A stretch of 64,000 nt of DNA. Origin: a virus. Taxonomy: Duplodnaviria; Caudoviricetes. The notes below the pieces were generated by a model. The model had not been told where the DNA came from. It ran no database searches and saw only the letters and a program-made list of their open reading frames with translations. Of the stretch, positions 1-7,068 are shown in pieces (position 1 is the first letter of the stretch; every line of letters begins with the position of its first letter). Made by a program: the position numbers and the translations under genes. The stretch spans positions 1-64,000 of the IMG/VR virus record IMGVR_UViG_3300020161_002395; one strand, 5' to 3'.

Positions 1-309
1 CTTTGGGAATCCTTTTCTAGCTTTTGCATTCTTTTTAAAACTAGCTTTCAGTGCTGTGTCTAGGTATCTGATAGTTTGTTGTAAGCTGGTAGATGGTGGA
101 GTTTTCAACCATTCGGTAGCTTTTTTCAAACTAGTAAGATCCTTGCTATTTTTATTGAAAAACCTAAATGTTTGATTTATCTGGTATTGTTCAGTTTCTT
201 TTTGCAAGAAATAATTCCAGACATACCGATTAGAACCGATCACTTGTTTCAGTGATTCGATTTGTGAGTTATTGGGATATAACCGGTATTTGTATTTCAG
301 GTTTTGCAT
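1..309 (-). CDS. tnpB: IS200/IS605-family TnpB (RNA-guided nuclease), N-terminal part; runs off the window
   Basis: Manual translation MQNLKYKYRLYPNNSQIESLKQVIGSNRYVWNYFL...PSTSLQQTIRYLDTALKASFKK...GFPK matches the OrfB/TnpB N-terminal pattern (YKYRLYP, RYVWN, SLQQ, GFPK). Confidence 0.85.
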   Translation of the reverse strand, partial: MQNLKYKYRLYPNNSQIESLKQVIGSNRYVWNYFLQKETEQYQINQTFRFFNKNSKDLTSLKKATEWLKTPPSTSLQQTIRYLDTALKASFKKNAKARKGFPK

Positions 310-360
310 TAGGTATTTATTACGAATTGGTTGACAACTGCAATTTTTATTAGTATAATT

Positions 361-399
361 CGCCTTACATCCCCGACCTGAAGTTCGGGGTTTTACGGC
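361..399. mobile_element. IS200/IS605-type subterminal hairpin upstream of tnpB
   Basis: cgccttacatccccgacctgaagttcggggttttacggc; imperfect hairpin ccccga/tcgggg about 50 bp from the tnpB start. Confidence 0.6.
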
Positions 400-469
400 T
401 CACCGGATAAAAACGAGGCTGGTAGGGGTCTCCAAAGTGTTGTGAATTGTTGGACACTTAATTATTTAT

Positions 470-544
470 GGTCTGTTAGTGAAGCGGTAATCACTCCACC
501 CTGTCACGGTGGCATCACGGATTCGAATTCCGTACAGACCGCCA
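470..544 (+). tRNA. tRNA-Asp(GTC)
   Basis: Cloverleaf with acceptor ggtctgt/acagacc, anticodon arm ccacc-ctGTCac-ggtgg, TTCGAAT loop, GCCA end. Confidence 0.92.
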
Positions 545-659
545 AAATGCATAGCATCGCTTTATGCTATGGTAGGTAAGTGCCTCTCGACTCTGATACG
601 ATGCCTCTCAAACTACAACTAGAGTTCTAATTGCAAATGGAACATAAGCACAATTTTAT

Positions 660-743
660 GTCCGGGTAGTGTAACAATTACATAGTAATGAACACGTTAG
701 GCACATAGCCTAAAAATTCGGTGAAAATCCGACCTTGACTCCA
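660..743 (+). pseudogene. Degenerate tRNA-like RNA with CAT at the anticodon position
   Basis: Acceptor gtccggg/ccttgac + TCCA; arm ttagg-caCATag-cctaa; aberrant T loop (TGAAAAT) and enlarged D region. Confidence 0.5.
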
Positions 744-802
744 AATTAAAAAAACTTGACATAGTTTTATAACAATGATATATATCATTAATTAAGGAAA
801 AA

Positions 803-1348
803 ATGAAACATAAATCATTAATTTTAGAAAATAATAAAAAAATAGAAGTTCTTGATAATATATTTCCGATGGATTTCAGAACAAGTGCGTATGATTTTTG
901 TAGAAACTCCCTATTCAGAATAGGGTGGTCCGATACAAATCAACCTGATAAAAAAGCAAATGATTACTTTTTTCATTCTGTATTCTCTCAAAAAGATTTG
1001 GATAATCTTGGTATTATGAAATATATTATGGACAGTCCAGTTGCTGATATGATAGAGGGGTTAACTATACATCAATGCATAGTTAATTGTTCAACACCGA
1101 GCGACGTGAATTTCACACATATTCATCAACAAAACAAAGTATTGTTATATTATGTAAATTTAGATTGGCAAGATGGTTGGCACGGTGAAACACAGTTTTA
1201 CACCGAGGATAATAAAGAAGTTCAATACACATCACCATATACACCTGGGCGATTAATAGTATTTGATGCTAACATCCCACATGCAATTAGACCACAATCA
1301 ATTATTGGTCCACAGCATAGGTTTACATTGGCGATTGTTTATAAATAA
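803..1348 (+). CDS. 2OG-Fe(II) oxygenase (prolyl-hydroxylase-like)
   Basis: LLYYVNLDWQDGWHGETQF and PGRLIVFDANIPHAIRP...RFTLA motifs. Confidence 0.8.
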   Translation: MKHKSLILENNKKIEVLDNIFPMDFRTSAYDFCRNSLFRIGWSDTNQPDKKANDYFFHSVFSQKDLDNLGIMKYIMDSPVADMIEGLTIHQCIVNCSTPSDVNFTHIHQQNKVLLYYVNLDWQDGWHGETQFYTEDNKEVQYTSPYTPGRLIVFDANIPHAIRPQSIIGPQHRFTLAIVYK

Positions 1349-1352
1349 AAAC

Positions 1353-1380
1353 TTGACATAGTTTTAAAACGCTGTATAAT
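1353..1380 (+). promoter_or_regulatory. sigma70-like promoter (example; similar ones near 332, 4634, 7674, 10913, 13684, 20569, 23993, 55851, 62333)
   Basis: TTGACA-N16-TATAAT directly upstream of element copy 1. Confidence 0.8.
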
Positions 1381-1400
1381 AGACAGCATAAACAGTTTTT

Positions 1401-1460
1401 AGGATACATTCAGCAACTTAATACATTTGACTGCTAATCAAAACCGTAAAACGTATCCTG
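1401..1460 (+). ncRNA. CAGCA-box element copy 1; cargo is a Ser(GCT) anticodon stem-loop
   Basis: aggatac-attCAGCAA...gtatcctg enclosing tttga-CTGCTAA-tcaaa. Confidence 0.8.
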
Positions 1461-1491
1461 TTTTAACTTAACTAAATTAAATTAAATTAAT

Positions 1492-1755
1492 ATGGAAGAA
1501 TTTTCAATAACAAAACATGAGTATGAAAAGTTTCAAGCTCACTTTACTTTTACACTTATAAAAATTCCAACATATAGATATGGACAAGCTTTTTTAAATT
1601 ACTTTTATCCTGATGCCGGTGAATACTTAATAAGTATTAGTAATTTAGGTACACCTCCTGGTGTACACGTTCCAAATTTAGACTCCATATTATGGAGTGA
1701 AAAATCATATCATAAAGCAAAAGATATGATTGAAGATCATATAGAAATAAAATAA
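1492..1755 (+). CDS. hypothetical protein
   Basis: 87-aa ORF between RNA elements. Confidence 0.6.
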   Translation: MEEFSITKHEYEKFQAHFTFTLIKIPTYRYGQAFLNYFYPDAGEYLISISNLGTPPGVHVPNLDSILWSEKSYHKAKDMIEDHIEIK

Positions 1756-1792
1756 AGAATATTCGAGGCTAGTCACCAGCGAATAGACCATT

Positions 1793-1908
1793 AGGTTAGT
1801 TTCAGCAAGTATTTTATTCTTCAGAAAAAGAAAGTTCTAGGTTCGAATCCTAGCACTAAAGTTGGTCGTTTTAGTGTAGTTTAATTGGGAAAACAAAATG
1901 CTAACCTG
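1793..1908 (+). ncRNA. CAGCA-box element copy 2; permuted tRNA-like cargo (GAA-containing loop, Phe-like)
   Basis: aggttag/ctaacct helix; T arm ctagGTTCGAATCctag, closed acceptor cactaaa/tttagtg, then D arm tagtttaattgggaaaac. Confidence 0.8.
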
Positions 1909-1921
1909 TAAAATGAACAAT

Positions 1922-1995
1922 TGGGATATGGTGTAGTGGTAACACAACTGGTTTTGATCCAGTCATCCATGGTTCGAATCCGTGTATCCCTGCCA
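1922..1995 (+). tRNA. tRNA-Gln(TTG)
   Basis: Acceptor tgggata/tatccct, anticodon loop ttTTGat, GCCA end. Confidence 0.92.
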
Positions 1996-2021
1996 ATTTT
2001 TAACTTTTATCGGAAAAGATA

Positions 2022-2432
2022 ATGCAAGTAATTGAAAAAGAAGTAAAACCTTACAACTTAATCGCTGAGTATCCTAGATACAATGGTACTGACCTTATTG
2101 AAGCGGTAAAAGTTTCAGTTAGCTCTTATAGAAACTATAAAGCTGATACATTAAGAAATACTCCTCATCACTTGAAATCATTTGTTGAGCAATATTTCAA
2201 TGATGCTGATAAACACTTTGAACGAGTATTGGATGTGGCAATACAAATTCCAAATTCATTCACTGCGGAAGTAACTGATTTCAATTCCATTAAATTGGTA
2301 CATAACGATGTTCATTACTTCTTGAACTTGCGAGTTGATCTTGATTCCAAATCAATCGCTGAGTCAGAATTCGTTTTATCATTGGTGAAACGAACACGTT
2401 TTATGGAATCTGAAAAAGCACGATTATCATAA
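2022..2432 (+). CDS. hypothetical protein
   Basis: 136-aa ORF with GGA RBS. Confidence 0.65.
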   Translation: MQVIEKEVKPYNLIAEYPRYNGTDLIEAVKVSVSSYRNYKADTLRNTPHHLKSFVEQYFNDADKHFERVLDVAIQIPNSFTAEVTDFNSIKLVHNDVHYFLNLRVDLDSKSIAESEFVLSLVKRTRFMESEKARLS

Positions 2433-2443
2433 TCGTTTAATTT

Positions 2444-2535
2444 AGGATGATTACAGCAATGTAACCCCGAAGCCGATTAGTTGGAATCTTAACTGGGTTC
2501 GAATCCCTGGGCTCCGCCAAATCTATATCATCCTG
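2444..2535 (+). ncRNA. CAGCA-box element copy 3; cargo resembles a tRNA 3' half ending in CCA
   Basis: aggatga/tcatcct helix, tACAGCAA; cargo has gggTTCGAATccc followed by gctccGCCA. Confidence 0.75.
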
Positions 2536-2558
2536 TATTTTTTAACTTAGGAGATAAA

Positions 2559-2819
2559 ATGAAACAATTAGTATTAATTGGACTATTAGCTTTATTGGCA
2601 ACTGGCTGTGCTTCAACATCATCAGTTGAACAACTACAACAACGTCTTGACACTGTGGAAGCTAATGAAAAGGTCACCAATGAAGAAATTCAAGTATTAA
2701 AACGTGCTTGTGATCAGATGCAAAAAACTGCAAAAGAGCAACACTTGAAATGCGTAGAACATTGCAAAACACTTGAATCTAAATTAGATCGTGTTTTCAA
2801 AAAATCACAGTTGAAATAA
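2559..2819 (+). CDS. Lpp/OprI-like coiled-coil lipoprotein
   Basis: Signal peptide with lipobox LATG-C, heptad coiled coil, C-terminal LDRVFKKS. Confidence 0.65.
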   Translation: MKQLVLIGLLALLATGCASTSSVEQLQQRLDTVEANEKVTNEEIQVLKRACDQMQKTAKEQHLKCVEHCKTLESKLDRVFKKSQLK

Positions 2820-2827
2820 ACAATTTT

Positions 2828-2941
2828 AGGATCCTTGCAGCATACAATTTTGCATTCCAAGCCGGAAACACAGGTTCGAATCCTGTACTCTTTCATAAAG
2901 AGTTCGTCTAGTGGTCTAGGACACTGAAAAAGCAGATCCTG
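2828..2941 (+). ncRNA. CAGCA-box element copy 4; permuted tRNA-Glu/Gly-like cargo
   Basis: aggatc/gatcct helix; cattccaa-gccgg-aaac, T arm acagGTTCGAATCctgt, acceptor hairpin actcttt/aaagagt, Glu-type D arm tcgtctagtggtctaggac. Confidence 0.82.
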
Positions 2942-2958
2942 CTAAATAAGAGAATATT

Positions 2959-3354
2959 ATGGCAAATAATGAACCAAAACAAGTAATTGTAGTTAGAAAA
3001 GACTTAAATATGCGTAAAGGAAAAATCGCCGCACAATCAGCACATGCATCAATTGGTGCAATTCTTAATTATAGTGGTGAAATTTATGAAGATAGTTTAA
3101 CTCTTAATGTCGAAAATCAAGCAGTAAGAGAATGGCTAAATGGCAGATTTACAAAGATTTGTGTATCGGTCGATAGTGAACAAGAATTACTTGACATTTA
3201 TCAACAAGCATTGGATAATGGTGTAAATGTTAAATTAATAAAAGATTCAGGATTAACTGAATTTGATGGGGTTCCAACTTATACTTGTTTAGCATTAGGT
3301 CCAGATTATCCAGAAAACATTGACCCAATTAGTGGTCATTTAAAATTGTTATAA
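2959..3354 (+). CDS. pth2: Peptidyl-tRNA hydrolase II (Pth2 family)
   Basis: KQVIVVRKDLNMRKGKIAAQSAHAS, KIC, IKDSGLTE...TCLALGP motifs. Confidence 0.92.
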   Translation: MANNEPKQVIVVRKDLNMRKGKIAAQSAHASIGAILNYSGEIYEDSLTLNVENQAVREWLNGRFTKICVSVDSEQELLDIYQQALDNGVNVKLIKDSGLTEFDGVPTYTCLALGPDYPENIDPISGHLKLL

Positions 3355-3359
3355 ACATT

Positions 3360-3434
3360 GCCCTTGTAGTTTAAAGGATAGAATACCTGGCTACGAACCA
3401 GATGATGGGGTTTCGAATACCTCCGAGGGTGCCA
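3360..3434 (+). tRNA. tRNA-Arg(ACG)
   Basis: Acceptor gcccttg/cgagggt, loop ctACGaa, GCCA end. Confidence 0.88.
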
Positions 3435-3443
3435 ATTTAATTA

Positions 3444-3516
3444 TCTGATATAGCTCAGTAGGTAGAGCACCACGCAAAGTGGGAGGTCATCGGTTCGAGT
3501 CCGATTATTAGCTCCA
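3444..3516 (+). pseudogene. tRNA-like RNA with intact D and T arms and CCA but a collapsed anticodon arm
   Basis: tagctcagtaggtagagc D arm, ccac-gcaaa-gtgg (4 bp + 5 nt), atcgGTTCGAGTCcgat, TCCA end. Confidence 0.65.
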
Positions 3517-3529
3517 ATATTTTAAAAAT

Positions 3530-3775
3530 ATGAAAGTTGTTAAACTAAAAAAATCACATCACTTATTTCAATACGGATATACAGTTGCATTAAGATTTAG
3601 TTCACCATATTCTCCTGGTGCACAAGCTTGTAAATCAGTTCTATGTGAATCTTATGGTATCGATTATACTAAATGGCATACATTTCGATCAGGAAAGAAT
3701 AGACCATATTGGATCGGATTGACAGATGAAAAATTAATGACTTTCCTATTGTTGAAAGTAGATCTAACAAAATAG
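3530..3775 (+). CDS. hypothetical protein
   Basis: 81-aa ORF between tRNAs. Confidence 0.6.
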   Translation: MKVVKLKKSHHLFQYGYTVALRFSSPYSPGAQACKSVLCESYGIDYTKWHTFRSGKNRPYWIGLTDEKLMTFLLLKVDLTK

Positions 3776-3781
3776 AATATT

Positions 3782-3857
3782 GCCCTGGTGACGGAATGGC
3801 ATACGTACTGGTCTTAGAAACCAGGTTTTGGGAGTTCAAGTCTCCCCCAGGGTACCA
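3782..3857 (+). tRNA. tRNA-Leu(TAG) with a short variable loop
   Basis: Acceptor gccctgg/ccagggt, ctggt-ctTAGaa-accag, 5-nt variable loop, ACCA end. Confidence 0.88.
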
Positions 3858-3863
3858 AATAAT

Positions 3864-3953
3864 GGAAGTGTGGGTGAGTGGCTATAAACCGCTGGTCTTG
3901 AAAACCAGTAATCCGTAACGGGATCGTGAGATCGAATCTCACCATTTCCGCCA
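3864..3953 (+). tRNA. tRNA-Ser(TGA)
   Basis: Acceptor ggaagtg/catttcc, loop ctTGAaa, long variable arm, GCCA end. Confidence 0.9.
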
Positions 3954-4083
3954 AATATAGGAGCCCTTCGTGGCGGACAAGCTCTTAACCTATTAAAATA
4001 AACAAGAGTGAGTTAGTTGACCAGATAACTTTCAACAGGAAGGCAGAGGTTTCATAGAGATTAAACTGCCCTGGCAATTTTTT

Positions 4084-4157
4084 AGCCCGGTGATGAAATG
4101 GTATCATGACGGTCTCCAAACCCGCTCTTGGGGGCTCAAATACCTCCCGCGCTGCCA
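4084..4157 (+). tRNA. tRNA-Trp(CCA), atypical T arm
   Basis: Loop ctCCAaa, GCCA end, T loop CTCAAAT, some stem mismatches. Confidence 0.72.
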
Positions 4158-4196
4158 AATTTAAGCACTATATTAGTGCAAACGATAAGTAGTTAT

Positions 4197-4637
4197 ATGC
4201 TAAAAGTTTATAACGACACTGATTTTACTACTTATATGGATTATGAAGAAATAACTAGACAACTAGATACAATTAGTGTATTATATGTCCAAGTTCCAAC
4301 CGATGAGAACATCATTGAACAGATTAAACACGATTATGATGTTCCGTACAATGATACCATTGTATTGAACAGTTTAACTGAAAATTATCAAGAATTACGT
4401 GAGAAATTCAATAAAGAGCATTATCATACCGATTATGAAATGCGGTTATTCACTCAGGGTAATGCTAGATTCTTTTTTAATTTTTCTGGTACAATATATG
4501 AACTAAAAGTTGGGACAAATGATTTAATCAGTGTTCCAGCTAATGTTAAACACTGGTTTGATGCCGGTGAACATCCAAATGTAGCTGCAATAAGATTTTT
4601 TACTGAAAGCAATGGATGGGAAGCAATTTATACTTGA
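4197..4637 (+). CDS. mtnD: Acireductone dioxygenase (ARD/cupin)-like
   Basis: KFNKEHYHTDYEMRLF...DLISVPANVKHWFDAG...AIRFF...GWEA; start moved to ATG 4197 because the ORF-track start overlaps tRNA-Trp. Confidence 0.82.
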   Translation: MLKVYNDTDFTTYMDYEEITRQLDTISVLYVQVPTDENIIEQIKHDYDVPYNDTIVLNSLTENYQELREKFNKEHYHTDYEMRLFTQGNARFFFNFSGTIYELKVGTNDLISVPANVKHWFDAGEHPNVAAIRFFTESNGWEAIYT

Positions 4638-4703
4638 CAAACAAAATTATTAGTGTATAATGTATACTAATTAACAAGCTCTTTAACAATTTTAAAAGTT
4701 TTT

Positions 4704-4825
4704 AGGATCCGTACAGCATACAATAATTGCATGTGGAGCCGTTGGTCGTTGGTTCAAATCCAACATCCCCGATAAACTAACGGGGATTAGCTCAGTCTGG
4801 TAGAGCAACGTAAAAAAGGATCCTG
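4704..4825 (+). ncRNA. CAGCA-box element copy 5; circularly permuted tRNA-Pro(TGG)
   Basis: aggatcc/ggatcct helix; 3' half (TGG-agccgtt-ggtc-gttgGTTCAAATCcaac-atccccg) precedes 5' half (cggggat-tagctcagtctggtagagc-aacg). Confidence 0.88.
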
Positions 4826-4884
4826 TTAAATTAATTATTGACAAATAATTAAACTAGTGTATTATACACTAAATAAAGAATTAA

Positions 4885-4959
4885 CGCAGAGTATATCAGT
4901 GGTAGATTGTTGGGCTCATAACCCAAAGGACGAGTGTTCGAATCACTCCTCTGCCTCCA
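4885..4959 (+). tRNA. tRNA-Met(CAT), initiator-type
   Basis: Mismatched first pair, ttggg-ctCATaa-cccaa with three G-C pairs, TCCA end. Confidence 0.85.
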
Positions 4960-4965
4960 AAATTT

Positions 4966-5100
4966 AGAATGCTTACAGCAACTATATTTTATTAATAAGA
5001 AACCGTTATCTTTGATTTGTAGGTTCAAGTCCTACCTTAAAACCAGGTTTTAAGTGGCGAAACTGGTAAACGCGATGGTAAAAAAATAAAATGCATTCTG
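4966..5100 (+). ncRNA. CAGCA-box element copy 6; permuted tRNA-Leu(TAA)-like cargo
   Basis: agaatgc/gcattct helix; aaTAAga, long variable region, gtagGTTCAAGTCctac, acceptor cttaaaa/ttttaag, Leu-type D arm tggcgaaactggtaaacgc. Confidence 0.82.
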
Positions 5101-5113
5101 ATAAAGAATTAAT

Positions 5114-5197
5114 GCGACTGTGGTGGAACGGTTTACACAGTGGGCTTAAAACCCATACTCTTCGGAGTTGCCAGTTCGAATCTGGCCAGTCGTACCA
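5114..5197 (+). tRNA. tRNA-Leu(TAA)
   Basis: Acceptor gcgactg/cagtcgt, loop ctTAAaa, variable arm actcttcggagt, ACCA end. Confidence 0.92.
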
Positions 5198-5207
5198 AAT
5201 AAAATAT

Positions 5208-5297
5208 GAAGATGTGGCCGAGATAGGACTATGGCACTTTCCTGCTAAGAAAGCATACCGCAAGGTATCACTGGTTCGAATCCAGTCATCTTCGCCA
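5208..5297 (+). tRNA. tRNA-Ser(GCT)
   Basis: Acceptor gaagatg/catcttc, ctttc-ctGCTaa-gaaag, long variable arm, GCCA end. Confidence 0.9.
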
Positions 5298-5314
5298 AAT
5301 TTAAGGGTAATTAA

Positions 5315-5593
5315 ATGATTAGTGGTGAACATAAAGGTATTAAGTATACCATTACAGAAGAAGCTTGTGATGATCTGCTTAAATTTCACGGTATTAATGC
5401 CATTGATGAATTTAAACGTGGAATTGAATTGGAATTGGAACAACTTCAATCAACAGTAATAATTGAAAATGATATTGCTACACTTCATATTACTAAAAAA
5501 ATAAATTTAGGATCTTTACAGCAACACTTTTTGGATTATAACAACACAAAATTGTTAGGTGGTTCAAATCCACCAAAAACCAAGATCCTGTAA
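5315..5593 (+). CDS. hypothetical protein; 3' end reads through element copy 7
   Basis: ORF with RBS; last ~28 codons overlap an RNA element. Confidence 0.5.
   Translation: MISGEHKGIKYTITEEACDDLLKFHGINAIDEFKRGIELELEQLQSTVIIENDIATLHITKKINLGSLQQHFLDYNNTKLLGGSNPPKTKIL
5509..5590 (+). ncRNA. CAGCA-box element copy 7; cargo is a hairpin plus a T arm
   Basis: aggatct/agatcct helix; taacaa/ttgtta hairpin then ggtgGTTCAAATCcacc. Confidence 0.78.
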
Positions 5594-5599
5594 AGTTTT

Positions 5600-5656
5600 A
5601 GGATGCATTCAGCAATTTTAAAAAACAAACTTGAAATTTGAAAAAAACGCATCCTG
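5600..5656 (+). ncRNA. CAGCA-box element copy 8; cargo is a Ser(TGA) anticodon stem-loop
   Basis: aggatgc/gcatcct helix enclosing caaa-CTTGAAA-tttg. Confidence 0.8.
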
Positions 5657-5801
5657 TTAGAATAGAAATATAAATAAACACATAGTTTACAATAAAATGC
5701 GGTGCGAGATTTAGACATTGTATATCAATGTTTTGAATGATCGGTATCTTGGTACAACTCACTCTTGATACTAAACTATCTATTAATTAAGTGTTATATG
5801 C

Positions 5802-5887
5802 TCCACCCTACTCTAATGGTAAGAGGACTGACTGTTAATCAGTTGTAATCGGGAAACCGTATGCGTGTTCGAGTAGCGCGGGTGGAG
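5802..5887 (+). tRNA. tRNA-Asn(GTT) with a long variable arm, no encoded CCA
   Basis: Acceptor tccaccc/gggtgga, actga-ctGTTaa-tcagt, 19-nt variable region containing cgg-gaaa-ccg. Confidence 0.8.
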
Positions 5888-6000
5888 CATATAGCATTTA
5901 GTGCTGTATTGACAATTCAAATAACTAATGATATAATTGTATTTTTTCGGGCCACAGCGAATTACGATAATGAGAATTATTGACTGTGGCAATCAATTTT

Positions 6001-6075
6001 GGGGAATAAGTGTTGTAGGTGGCACACAAGATTTGCATTCTTGAAGGAGCGATTCGATTTCGCTATTCTCCACCA
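6001..6075 (+). tRNA. tRNA-Ala(TGC)
   Basis: G3:U70 pair, caaga-ttTGCat-tcttg, ACCA end. Confidence 0.88.
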
Positions 6076-6104
6076 AAATTTTAACACACTGACTAGACGG
6101 TACT

Positions 6105-6284
6105 ATGTTTGAGAATTTAGAAGAACCAACTGAATTTGATTATGAATTGATTAAAATCATATATCGATTGATGACATTAGAAGAAAGAACGGAATTTTCG
6201 AACAAGATTAAAGAATCATTTAGTCAAAATGATTTAATTGCAACAAAAGAATTAGCCAAAACTATATTGGCAACAAAAATGTAA
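6105..6284 (+). CDS. small hypothetical protein (59 aa, not in ORF track)
   Basis: MFENLEEPTEFDYELIK... open frame in line with downstream genes. Confidence 0.5.
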   Translation: MFENLEEPTEFDYELIKIIYRLMTLEERTEFSNKIKESFSQNDLIATKELAKTILATKM

Positions 6285-6295
6285 AGGATTATACG

Positions 6296-6484
6296 ATGGC
6301 AGGATGGCATGGTGGTAAAGGATCTAAATCAAGACCAGTAAACAGACAGAAATTTGCTGATAATTGGGATGCGATCTTTGGAAAGAAACCAGAAGTTAAA
6401 GAAGAAGTAAGTGATACAACAACTGAAGAAGCAGTTGAAATTATCAAAGAATATAAAAAAACACTTGACAACGATAATAAATAA
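6296..6484 (+). CDS. small hypothetical protein
   Basis: AAGGA RBS; MAGWHGGKGSKSRP...WDAIFGKK. Confidence 0.6.
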   Translation: MAGWHGGKGSKSRPVNRQKFADNWDAIFGKKPEVKEEVSDTTTEEAVEIIKEYKKTLDNDNK

Positions 6485-6504
6485 TAGTATAATAAGGACA
6501 TCAA

Positions 6505-6684
6505 ATGGCAACTATTAGTAAAGCAAACAGAAAAGCTAACCCTAATCAAACTAAAAATGGTAAGGTTAGAATTGGTAATTTTAGTTTAGCTAAATTGCAA
6601 GAACTAGTTGAAAAAACTAGTAGACCACGTGATAAACGTAAATATCAAAATCGTATTAACATTCTTATTAAAAGAGGTGCCTAA
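6505..6684 (+). CDS. small basic protein (59 aa, not in ORF track)
   Basis: AAGGA RBS; MATISKANRKANPNQTKNGKVRIG...; K/R-rich. Confidence 0.55.
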   Translation: MATISKANRKANPNQTKNGKVRIGNFSLAKLQELVEKTSRPRDKRKYQNRINILIKRGA

Positions 6685-6824
6685 TGGCCGTAGAAGTAAA
6701 GAAATGCAATTGTAATCACGAATTTCAAGACAAAACATACGGTAAAGGTATGCGAGTTATGAATCTCGATTTTAAGAAAACTAATGCCACTTGTACAGTA
6801 TGTGGTACTAAACACAAAGTTTAA
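6684..6824 (+). CDS. small Cys-rich, putative Zn-binding protein (46 aa)
   Basis: GAGG RBS; MAVEVKKCNCNHEFQDKTYGKGMRVMN...CTVCG. Confidence 0.55.
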   Translation: MAVEVKKCNCNHEFQDKTYGKGMRVMNLDFKKTNATCTVCGTKHKV

Positions 6825-6858
6825 AGAATAAGTCCTTCTAATGGAAGGACTACTAAAT

Positions 6859-6941
6859 GCTGAGTTCCTATAGCGGCGATTAGAGCGGTCTTGTAAGCCG
6901 TTGGTTAATACCCACCGTGGGTTCGAGTCCCACACTCAGCT
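6859..6941 (+). tRNA. tRNA-Thr(TGT) with a long variable arm, no encoded CCA
   Basis: Acceptor gctgagt/actcagc, loop ctTGTaa, ~15-nt variable region, gtggGTTCGAGTCccac. Confidence 0.75.
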
Positions 6942-6997
6942 TACCCAATTAATTTAAGAATAGTTTTCCAAGTTAATTGATGTAATATAAACAATTT

Positions 6998-7052
6998 AGG
7001 ATACATTCAGCAAGTAAAAAACTTTCAATTGGTGAAAACAAAACGTATCCTG
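6998..7052 (+). ncRNA. CAGCA-box element copy 9
   Basis: aggatac/gtatcct helix; cargo hairpin tttca-attgg-tgaaa. Confidence 0.8.
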
Positions 7053-7068
7053 TTAATAGGAAAACATA

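Noticed and set aside
5006-5449. ORFs 5006-5449(-), 5091-5318(+), 2714-2896(-), 5536-5718(-), 6681-6935(-)
   Set aside because: They overlap tRNAs or RNA elements; shadow ORFs.
5951-5990. gccacagcgaa...ctgtggc hairpin as an 18th scaffold copy
   Set aside because: Its CAG is inside the stem and the AGGAT-type helix plus unpaired box is missing.
6859-6941. Calling this tRNA-Tyr(GTA)
   Set aside because: The 7-nt loop register CT-TGT-AA and the GC start of the acceptor stem favour Thr(TGT), despite the long variable arm.
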